From Tubiluchus corallicola (Eukaryota; Animalia; Priapulida), in NCBI GenBank assembly GCA_030141605.1, contig JAQGDQ010000194.1, positions 310,001 to 374,000 on the forward strand: a stretch of DNA of 64,000 bases, in the 5' to 3' direction. The first letter of the stretch is position 1. Each line of letters opens with the position of its first letter. The notes under the pieces are model-generated. The model searched no databases. It had not been told where the DNA came from and was given only the letters and a program-made list of their open reading frames with translations. Below, in pieces: positions 41,701-53,700 of the stretch. A program made the translations under genes and the position numbers.

Positions 41701-44700
41701 ATGCAAGTAAATTTCTTCGGCTCATTGAAATGTGAATATAAGTAATGTGGCTCTCAAAGTAATTGTCTCATCTTAATTATAGAAACACAAATGTCAAATT
41801 AGTATTTTTAATTTAACTCCTCGCCCGCTTGGGGTTTGCTGTAATACACAAAACAGATCGCTGCTAGCCACCATCCTCCCATTTTGGATGCACTGCACAA
41901 GGCATTATCACTTTTGCTTATTAGCTATCGGTAATGCTGCAGTTGATGTTGTTGTTGTTGCCGGCGGTGGTGGTGGTGCTGCCAATGATGGTTCAGTGGC
42001 TCACCTAGCACAATTTTGGGTAAGGAAGACCAGCTGCAGCTCTTCGTATGGAAATATAGCTATATATTGCTGTCGTCTGATTCCTGTTGTAAATCGAGAA
42101 ACACGTAATAAAGTTGCGATGGGGTGGAACACTCGAACACATCCATGAAAGATTTCGATTTACCAGGATACATTTGCTTGCCCAACACTTCTACCTGCAT
42201 CTTGTCGTGGAGATTTTGTGAATAGCACCAAGTTGTGGGAGTTTAGACTGTGAGTTCCCAATTCTTTACTTTGTTGAAAAAGATTTTGTGTTATAAAAAC
42301 CATGAAAAAGGGATTGTGGAGTGCAAGCTTTGTGAGCAGGTCCACCACCACTAAATCTCAGGCCCATATTTCCACATTTATGTCGTTGCTTCTTTTCTGT
42401 AATTTTTCTTCGTCAGCTGGCAGCAATTGCGATATCCGCAACACCCTTCGGTGATTGGTATCAAACAGCATGCTCCGACAGAGGACCAGATTTTTCACAA
42501 AAGTGTTTTTCCCGTCATGACTAGGTCCAGCCACCAATATGGTGCTACCAAATTTCAGTCTGGCATCAAAAGTTAGCTCTGTCATAATTAACCTGCTAAT
42601 CGATCAATTTTAAATTTTAATTAAATCATAACCTTGCAAACACACATTCCTTTGCAAATTGTTTTAGGGCTAGACTACCAATGTGTTTCTGGAATGCATG
42701 CGTGTACAAACATCTTCTACTTGTACATACATGTTTTTCTAGAAAATGCATGCGCAAACACATTCTGCTAGAAAATGCATGTACAAGCACGTTCTAATGG
42801 CAGCTCGAACACGTATAAACACGCACAACCACGTGATTCATGTCATGAGAGGATTGGCTGGTCCATTTTTAGCAGTGGTCTCTCATTGGTCAGTAATAAT
42901 CTGTTAGGTGTCCATTTTGGGGCGAGTGGGCACATTTGCTTTGCATACACCATTGATGACACGTCTCTCTGGATTGAGAAAATGAGTGAAGCCATGAAAA
43001 ATGATACAGTTGTTTTTCCTCTCTTGCAAGATTTCTCTGCATCAGTCAGCACATCCAAAGAGGAACAATTTCAGGTGAGAGTACATTTTTTTGTTTTGTA
43101 ATGATTTGTTTCACATTTGAGTAGTTACTAAAAACTTTCAGTAATTAAAGGGAGGAGCGCATTAAAAAAAAATTTGTCCATTTATTTACAGGTTCATCTT
43201 CGCTGACGTTTTAAATATGATACCATTAACGAGACACTCCCTAGAGGCAAGAGCATATTCTTAACAGTGATGGAATATGGCAGACTTGTCATTAAGCGGG
43301 AGAAAATACTGACATTTTTGAGCAATGGAAGCAGCTTTAGCAAACTAGAAGTATAGTTATCTGGTAGAATGAGTTTGCTGGACCTAGACTCGGTTCCACT
43401 CTTCATCACGGGCAACAACTCATTTCCCTTGAGTTTCAAAGCCATTTGTATGCTCTGCGAAATGCCAAAGCTTCACAAGATTACGCTAAAACTAAAACCT
43501 GCACACTTCTGGGTCAAAGAGAGAATAAAAGTCACACCGGGCATCATATTTCTGTCCGGACAAGTGTACGTGTTTCATCAGATATTGGGCGTCTATACCC
43601 GACATTGCCATTAGACGAGGCGTAGAAAGGTGGGTCAGAAGACCGTCATTCCAACCAAACCCGGCATCAACCTCCCATCTACGAAAAACTGATAACCTCG
43701 GGAGCGACTCCAGATACCACGTATGCTGGCTGTTGCCATGGCACAAACTGAGATTCCTCTGCATCGAGGCAGTCAAAGATGGCAAGATAATTGACGGACA
43801 ATACTCTATCCTCAATTGAGGAGTATGCATGAAATTGGAAGTGTGGACAAGAGGAAGACAGAGCCAAAAATTTGATAATTCACGAAACAGAAAGAGGATT
43901 ATATCACAAGTACACCTTGTGTAACAGCCTCACCCCAGGCACCGAGTTCCCCATTACAAGCGATCCACTTACAACTATCAGAGCAAACATACACGGCACC
44001 TGATGGGAGGAGGGAATGCTGGACTACGCATGGGACAGTTGGACAGTGTTTTACGTCAAACCACCAGTGACAGGATCACCTGTGTCAAGGGTGTGAAGAT
44101 GAACACTTTCGTCAAAAATCATCTGCCCAAAAATCGCATAATCATGCGCATGCGTCATGCAAACTGACCAAGCACCACCAGCCATATGAAGGAAGAGCAA
44201 TGGACGAGGCAGAGCGATCAGGGTAGCCAAAACGGTGGCCAATTATCTACGAATTCTACGATCCGAGCAGCCAACATCGTCGTCACGGCATTCGTGCAGA
44301 CCGTAGATCTGAATGTGCTGCAACCAGCTTGGGTGCACTCGGAGACCACAAATGGTCTGCTGAAGAAGAAGAAATATCTCTGATGATTTTTGCCTCCAGA
44401 TTTGTGGTGGTCAATGGTTTTTCGGAGAAACAAGAGCTAGAAAATTCTCTCCTCGAACTACTCAAACACCTGGGACTGACACTCGCTGCACCTGTGGTAG
44501 TTCGAACCATCACCACTAGAGCAAAAAAATTCCCTGCAGACGGAATCTACTTACACTGTATCGAGAACTCACAAAGTTACCACACTTTTTTCATGAAGTG
44601 TTTTATAAAGCAGAACTTTTTCCCAAATTAACTTGTAAACATGATCAAATCACGGTAACTGTTTTTCACACTGGAAGCTTAATGATGAATGGGGGAACAG

Positions 44701-47700
44701 ACTTGGAAGATTTCCTGCATGTTATTCTCAAGTTTAAAGATTTGGTACACGAGAAAAATAATGTTTGCTTGCTTACTTAACGACTGTTACCCACATTTTT
44801 TGTACTCGAACAATAAATATTATATAACTGCGATTTTTGACGTTTCAAGTCATTTATTAGATACTAATACAAAAACATTAAATCAATCAAAGTTAAAACA
44901 TCACATTTAATCAAAAAAGATCATTGAAGTTGTTTTCTGTGCAAATGTACAGTAGGGAATGTGCGGCTCGCTGGTGTACTTATACCACATTTAACACCAA
45001 CAAACCAAACATGTTCTCGGTATCCCAGTGGCTAAGGTGCAAGACTCGTACGCAACAGATTGTTCAAATCTAGCTTAAAGAAATTTTTTTATCTCAACAA
45101 ACTAGGGTTAGGGTTAGGGTTACTACTTTACAAGTTGGAGGGGTGAAAAGAAAAAAGAACTTAAAAAAATAAATAATTCCCCGGTGGGTACGCTAAACCA
45201 GGCAGTATTCTGCAATCCCAACTACTTACACACATTATGACAACAGCAACAGAAACAAAACTAATCTAAAATAACTGATGAAACAGATGGGGGGGGGGGT
45301 GATCACAGCAGTTATGATGGCAGCAATGGCAATAATAACAATAGAAATGGTTGTGATGTAGTAACAACCATACTATAATAACATTGCAGTACCTATAGCA
45401 GTAGCAACTTTTCATTTTATTAAAATATTCTTGCGCGCCAGCTGGAATACAAATTGCATGGCAGTTTTAACAAAATTAATATTGCAAAAGCTTTTCTGAT
45501 AATTAAAAAATTGATGAAAACTTAATTAACTGCGGGGAAGCCCAACTATTGCTGACATCACGAACTAACTTAATTTTGAACATCAAAAATATTCCACGAG
45601 CATGTAGCACGTGTTTGTGAAAGCGAAACTGAAGGTATGTTTTAAGATAAAAATCAAATTTACCGTATAAGCTGTCGAACGCGCATAGTTCGCCAAAATT
45701 AACACATCTGAACTGACAGGTACAGTATATGTTTTTGTACAATGCATTTCCGATATGTAGGCGCTAGTACCCGTCTAACTAGCGAACGGCAAAATGCATG
45801 TAACAGCGAAGAACTAGTAACACGAACGTATAATTGTGTTTGCGTTCTTTCACGTAAGTCATTTTTGAAAAAATAGTGCGTTCCCTTTCAATATTTTAAA
45901 GAATAGATATTTATGACCTTCAGTTTAAGACTGGCTCCGGTTCTTTAACAAGAGCTTCAACTGCTACCAGAAAAAATAGAAAATATTACAAAAAAATAAC
46001 AACTGTGATCTCCACAAAAAATACCTCACATGGAGAAGGTTTACATCTGCAAGTTGGACATCCAGTTGATCCATCAGCAACATAACCATGTCTACATTTG
46101 CGTTGACAATTTTTTGGATCAAAATCACAATTCAGTGTAGCTATGAACAAATTAAAATCATAAGCTCATAAAGCTGCAATTATTGTTATTAGTATTCGTT
46201 ACCTCATTTGTGAAACTTGCATAAATAGAAATGTTTTCTTGTTCAATGGCCTAGAATTAACAATGCTCTGTCAATCGAATCTTACGCATAATTAACAAAC
46301 CCAATTAATGACATTTGTAATGCGAGGCTGCAAATGACATACAGGATGTTTTACTGTACATAATGAACGATTTGACTTCTCTACAAATCAATTACCGATA
46401 CAGTTAATATTTTTTGTACAGATGAGTTCATATTGCAATTCTGCAACTAATGTTTTTTTGTACAGACGACTTCATACTTTGAAGGTCCTTGCAACAAATG
46501 TTTTTGGCATAATATATGAGGTATGGGCCTTAATGAAAAGTGCTTCATATACTGAACCATAAAATAATTATTGCTTCAGAAACTTTGGCCTGTACCTGTA
46601 TCACATTTAAGAGGAACACCACCTTGGTCACCTTCCATACCATATTCTTTCAGAGTTCCTGGAATTTGATATCCTAGTGCATCAACGCAAAAGATACTCA
46701 ACCAATGTTCATTTATGTGCACTTGACGTGAGTTGTATTCACCAGAATCCAAGCACCAAGGAAGGTTATGATATTCATTTTTATAAACCATTCCGTCATT
46801 TGCAAGATGAACATGACAAGCTAAAGTAAAACAGAAAGACTTGTGAAACTTCAACAAAGAGAGATTATTCGTTAACTGTAAATGTGGTCTCAAAATAAGC
46901 AATGATAATCTTTTACATTAATCATTAAGAAATCCAGAAATCTTCAAAGCGGGCAACATACTACAGTTATGAGAGCCATATTGCAACTCAACTTTTATAT
47001 TGTTTTATATGTCGTTCCAGTTCAAAAATAAAAAAGGTCGTTTTACAAATTTATATTTAATGGAAAACCGCAATCAGTATAATAACATTCATTTGACAAG
47101 TAGATCTATTTTATGTGAAGTTAAAATACAAAATTAATTACCACAAATCAGCCTAATTAATATCTTTATAATTTGCTTATTTTGACATTATTAATTTGCA
47201 GTTCTGAACTTTTAGTACTGAACACCAGATCCAGCTATAAATGAATCTAGTTCGGCAATTTGCTAATTTGCACAATATTCTATTAAATTAACAAAACTGA
47301 CATTGGTTAAGCTAAAGTGTGCTATAAGCGAAATTACCGTATATAAAGATCCAAAATAATACAAAAATGATGAATTTACTTAGATCATACGTCCCTAATA
47401 AAGCAAATTCACCATATATCAATGTACCTAAATCTAGCACTATCATAATGTGAAAACTACTTTTATCGTTACTAAAGTAAAGAAGCCCGTTAACATCTAC
47501 CAACCAACTGGTTTGCCCAGGTAAAAACAGATACACACGCGTGAACAATCGTGACCAACAAGATACTAAGGAAAATTTCATGCTGGCAAGATATTTAAAA
47601 TCAAATCTTGAAACTCATTTCCCTATCACAAAAGCAAAACAACAACAAAAAATAGTGCCTAAACTTTGTGTCAGAACATTAATATAAATAAATAGAAATA

Positions 47701-50700
47701 GAATTAGAAGATATTGCTGAAAGCAAATTTATTCAAAGAGTATCACAAAAGTGTCCTGCTACAACAAAGTGACAGAATGGCACACATTTCTAGTAAGGTC
47801 ACAATAACGTATATTCTTTAATTTACTCCGAAAAACGATGCCACAATGTAGCGCATCTAAAAATGCGACTGATAAAGAGAACAGGCACAATACAAGTTAT
47901 TGCCGATGTGAAACTGAATTCTATTGCTTTCGTCAAATTAGACAGATTAATTTTTCTTAAACAGTACACATTATTTCAGATTTTAAGCTGTGTTATGTCA
48001 GTGATGAGGTTTGTGCAAAAACAGTTTTAATAAATTTTGTTGAAACTATGCACTCTTTTATCGGCTTCCTTCTGAGTACTATTATCAGCTCCCTAGGCCT
48101 ATGCCATTCTGTTCACTTATACAATACTGAACGCCAATAAAAAATACGAACGATTTTAGTAACTCTTGAGTACGTTGAAATAGTGAAAGCACAAAGTGCC
48201 ATGTAGTCGACATGAGAGCACCATATTTTTGAAAACGGGGAAAAGGATTAACATGTTTCAAATTTTTAACCAAGAACAAACTAACTGACCGTCATATCAA
48301 CTTTTGATTCAATTGGATGAAATTATAATTTAAAATTAATTATTAAACAGCTCTAACAATGCTCATAATGAGTTGCTGCTGTATACTACAAGTTTTTTTA
48401 TTTTGAACCAATCTAACTGAACAATGACATTCTAACTAATCATTCTGCCCAATTAACATTTGGGTCAAAAAGTGTGGCGCCAGTGCGAGACTGAATCACC
48501 GCATTTTTTTTGGGACCCAAGCTGCCTAACATTCGTAAAGTTTCTATGGTAAAAGCACCTTACAAATGATGTTTTGGCGGACTCACTTGTGACACACTAA
48601 TAAATTAGGTCATTAACTTGTAAAATTTTCGTTTTTTTGAAATCACATGATCCTGATTGTCGCATAAGACATATTAGCCACACACACAACTAGTTTAATG
48701 AAATATAGCAAAGTGATTTATTTTATATAATAAAACATATTAACTTAATGCAGTGTTGTTTCTGTTTATAATTTAGCTTGATGTAGACATTATAGTCTTT
48801 ATGAAGCTATTGAATGTGCTCCCTGTGTTATCTAATTCATATTTAAACTGAGATCATTTTTGTATGAATGATTATAGATGGCGTGCATTGTGAAATAAAT
48901 GCTCTTATCTTGTCTTGTCTTGTCCTGTCCTGTTCTATCCTGTCCTGTCCTGTCTTATCTTATCTTATTTACGATTAACTGCAGGTGCAACACCGTTATC
49001 TGTACATCTGTACATAAAACAAAAGGTCTTAACCAACGGATCAGGTCACCTGGAAGGAATGGGGGCGAAAAACCTCCAAAATCTCGTTTTTGACCGTTTC
49101 GCAAAACTTATAACCCTTATTTCTAGAGAACAGGAATGTGCCGGCAGCTGTCTGGTAATAATTGGATAGCCTGTTTGATGGTGGGTGCTACAGGTTTAGA
49201 TTTAGAGATTTAGATTTAAAAAACTGCTCAAACAGCTTCCAGGAAAACTCAGATTTGTGCAACTGTTTAGGCATGTTGGGGAAAAATAAGCACAGAGGAC
49301 AGAGGACAGAAGGTATCGTCGAGAGAGGTCCACTCAACAAAACCGGAAGGGTGTATTTCAAAATTCTTTTCATCCTTCCAGTGCTGCATGCTATTTGGAA
49401 CAGCCATTGTCTTTCAGCGTTAGACATTTCGCGGTTGTTCCAAGAATTATCATCACCGATAATAATGTCATGTTAAAGACTGTACATGTAAGTTATATGT
49501 GACCCCGTTGTCATCTGGAAAGCAGTAAGCAGAACTATGTAGAATGTCCTTGCATTATTGATCCATGCGTCTGACAGGTTTTGCTATAGCACACAATTTC
49601 AACTTTGTGCAAAATGTTTTGCACTGTTTTGAAATGATGCTGCACTGTTGGCGTTAGTGTTTTACATATCGTCATCACCATCACCATTATGATCATCATG
49701 TGATATAGTGGGTTTGGTGTGGTGTGGTATGTTATGAATAGTGTGATGGGAGCAGCATGGCATGGGGTGTTGTTAAAAGCATGATGTCGGTGGTATGCTG
49801 TGGGTGTTTGGTGTAGTGTGGCCTGGGTTTTGTGGATGATTAGGTCTGAATAGTGCGGTTGGGCAGTATGATGTGGTGTGTGTGGTGTGGGTGCAATGTG
49901 TGGGATTTGTGGGTGGGTTGCGGTGTGGTGTGGCATATCTGGTATGGTGTGGCATGACGTGGTGCGGTGGTTGTGGGCATGGTATGAGTGGTGTGTGTGT
50001 TGCACGGCAGTATGGTCTGGGTGATGTCTTGTACATAGTAGTGTGGTGTAGTATGGCATGGTACAAGTGGTGTGGCATGGATGGTGAGGTTGGTGTGGCA
50101 TGGTACGAATGGTGTGCTAAGCATGGCGTAGTCGATGTGATGAGGATTTTGTGGGGTTTGGCTAGTAATTATTATTAATTGTGACAACATAATATAATTT
50201 TGCTGTATTAAGTTAGACATGCTGCTTCAATGCTTCACAAAATACAACTGACTCAGTTTAGCGAAAGTTAGAAGTTTAAGCATTCTCCCACAGATATCAG
50301 GAAAATGTAATAATTAAAACTGTGCATTACTACTAATCTTCTTTAGCAACTCAACTATACACCTGTTGCATTCCAGGTTTATATGCACGAGCTGAAAGAA
50401 AGCAACTGACCTCGGCATTTGTCAGAAAAATGCCTTACTTTTTCATTGCTGATTATGCAGGCTGGATAGATGAAAAAATGTACTCAAAAAATGTAACATC
50501 AGGTATTGCACTACAAGGAAATTTTGAAAAAAAATGGTCACAACTCAAACAGTACAAACGATTGCATTAATGAGGAAATATGCACAAGAAGGACTTGAGG
50601 TAAATATATGATACAGACTTACTTTCACCATAAACACTAGTAAAGTTCTGTGCAATGAATTCTCTGTTTCCAACATCACCTGGTAATAACTAAGAAATTG

Positions 50701-53700
50701 TTTTCCATCACTTTTCACATCACAATTTGCAGACACACATGGTGGTGGAATCAGAGATTGACACTGGTGAGATAGCGAAAAATCATCAAAGTACAATTCC
50801 AAACAGAAGGCCTCACACTTATTTAGTGTCAAAGTGACAATTTAACGCAATATTGTTACTTTATATTTTGTTGTAGGAAAGAAAACCCTATTGAAGATAC
50901 TTGAGCATTTCCAGTATGCACCTTGGTCTAATCAGTCTAATGGAATGGAACAAACCACTAAATTCATCAGTGCATGCTACATACTTGGCCTGCCTGAAAT
51001 GCAATTCTGAAACTGAAGTAGCTGTATGGGGACAGTATGGCACAGTAACAGATGTTACTAGGACCAGGTACAATTTTAAAGACGATCACCTCATACCTCC
51101 TGCCTGTGATGCCATTTTCATTTCAGCGCCACCATCCCGCTTGACAGAAATAATTATGGGCATCTAGGGCGTTAATACGTCCTCATTTAAATCTGCCTCA
51201 ATACTAATTCATTGTTCCTACAGCACATACAGTAAATGAAGTAGACCTACTGGATTACAGGAGGGGAGTCGCCACATACTATGTCAGTTTTGAAGAATAA
51301 TTTGTAATAAGCTTTACAGGCATTTCCTCATTTGTTAATTCAGCTTGAAAGTAACTTCAAATTTTTCTGTGTATTATAGAACCCAGCACGTGCACAGAGG
51401 GAGAGTTAGGGGGACTTGAACCTATGTCCTTTCTGATCTTCATATCAAAAGCGCCCCTTCAGTCAAAATAAAAAAGACATTTTGACAGCAGAAAATCTTT
51501 ATTCAAAAAATTCAAGTGCCACGAACCTACTGGCTTTATTTTGCAGGGCACCCAAAAGATATCAATGAAAGTAAATATTGGACAGATAAATATATCACTG
51601 TGAAAAAGACGTAGGTACTTTTTTTTCCACTTTTGCCCTCTTCCCGTGCATTGTTTTCCTCTTTTTTTCTAGTGTCAATCTGACTGAAGTGAGTCAATAT
51701 AGTTTACAGCGTGCAATGTTCTTAAATTATAGAGGTTTATCTATTTTGATAAATTGAGTAGACGTTGAAATGACTAAATTGAGTTCTACATCGTCTTGCA
51801 AGCGAAGAATAATCATCTTTACCTGTTGTAGTGTCTTGAGTGAATGTAAGCATGGAATATTAGTCGTAGCGAGAAAAAAAATTGTGTGAAGAATACAAAC
51901 TAGTATATGAGTCAAGTGGATGAAAGAAGCTTGGATAGAGCGATGGTAGCGAAGAAGTATGGGCTGATAGAGAGTATGCGGAAACATTACTGAGAAGACC
52001 ATATTATGGATTAAAATGGTGTATGCAAGTTAATGGCATAACTCGGATGCAAAGTCGAGAGGTGCATTTCTAGTTGTTCACAAAAAAAACGAAATTTTTT
52101 GATGCGAGACACCATAATAATTTATAGTTGTTCTTTAAAAATGGTATTGTGGATAGAGCTTTTGAATTTCAAGAATACATGCAAGTTTATGCATTTGCTA
52201 TAGAATTTTCTATATTGGCCTTGGTAAGACTGTGCTTCATGTGCAGCCGTATAAGTAGTTCAACAATTTTTGTATAAGAACGGTCTTATAAGTAAGATGT
52301 GGATTGTAGTTATAACATATTATTGTGGACATGTATGTATTTCTTTAGAACATTATAATTCCCCATAATGCTTGTTTTCCCAATCTATAATTTTTAGCTA
52401 TTTCAATTTAAATCGCGTTCGATTACAGTTACCAAGGTAAAATGAGTTGATTCCCCATCGAGGAGTCTTTTGACACAGTGACTACAAATTGTGTAGCTAG
52501 TAGATGTACAGTTTTTCATTGTGTAAATTTTTAAGCAAAATTTAGGGGAGCCGTGTAACTGTGAGCAAAGACAATTTGTAACAGATCTTTGGTCTAAACT
52601 TCCCAGGTAAAATACTGGGATCGTTAATTGTGATTTCGTGCAAGTGTTCCAAAATTGCGGATAATGTGATCAAAATTTTTGGTTGGTATGTTCTCTCTTC
52701 CCGCATGTAGGTCACATGATTGCACTTAGTAGGCGAGAAGGAACAAACGCATCGAAATTACTGCGAACAAATTATTAAAGCATTTTACTATGATGTTAAC
52801 CTTAGAATCATCTGCATAATACCGATTATTGTGATATAAGGTTATAGAGGTTACATATATTTTGTAATCAATAGGAAACGTGTAAATCTACTATTGGCAT
52901 CAGGGAAGATTTGTTTCGTGGCAATAAAGGCTTGACACTAAAATAAGCAGTAGTTCAGTAGTAACATTTCACGACACCGCGCATGTTGGGTACGTTGTCC
53001 AACCTGGTCCAAGAAGTGAATTTAGCTGTGAATGCGATGCCTGCAACAATCAGTAGTGTGTGGACGGGTCATGTGATCTATTGAGAGTTGTATTTAAGAA
53101 GGGCAGATCCAGAGGCAAGAGACATTCGCTGCTGACAAGGTTTGATACCATAAAGCCTGCTAACAAACTCTGCTAATATGAGAGTTGCTAAAAAAACTCT
53201 GTAATACAAGAGTTGCTAACAAGCTCTGTTATCTCAAGAGCTGCTAATTATATATAAGCCCTGAACCATAATAAAACAATAAAATAAATAATACAATGTT
53301 AAATTGTTAAATTATCAAAGTCAATAATCCTCCAATATCAGTTTGTCTGCTATTGACTTTGGGAACTAACACTGTGTTCAAGAACGTAGATTGCCTCCTA
53401 CATGCATACTGTGGACTTCAGGAAACTCACTTGTGCCGAAGTGTTTCTTAGGCTTAATAATCAGATGCATCCAAGCCATTGGTGCAAAGTACCATGATCT
53501 GCACATCTTTCTGTGACATGAACCCCTAGCCACGTTACAATACCAATACAGATACATTTCTGTATGTTAGGTTGTTTACTTTTCTCTTAAAATTTTTTAA
53601 TCAAAAGAATCAGACGAATAAGTTTAGATCTGCTTTCTTCTGAGTACATTTTAGTTTTATTATAGAAACTAAATACATCAAAACGACGTATGTGCCATTT

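Larger units (their letters stand above)
41309..45226. mobile_element. Polinton/Maverick copy B: 3.9-kb non-autonomous deletion derivative with both termini
   Basis: Ends AGTAGT (41309) and ACTACT (45221-45226); imperfect TIRs share ttaagttcttt and ttcacccctccaacttgt; perfect 6-bp TSD TACACA at 41303-41308 and 45227-45232. Confidence 0.93.

Noticed and set aside
25520-46024. Boundary between two tandem inhibitor genes
   Set aside because: The phase 0-1 exon at 39985-40087 restores a continuous frame, and I found no signal-peptide exon in this interval.
49535-50220. His/Thr/Pro-rich ORFs up to 188 aa (also 9080-9475)
   Set aside because: Open in several frames only because they translate a (GTGTG)n-type simple repeat; no splice or domain support.
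50540-52450. Short ORFs, possibly LINE debris (also FLDLRK at 6-263)
   Set aside because: Too decayed to assign a family or boundaries by eye.
52961-53539. Solo LTR (gtaac...gttaca ends, TATA-like and AATAAA motifs)
   Set aside because: The 5' TG is missing and there is no TSD; insufficient support.
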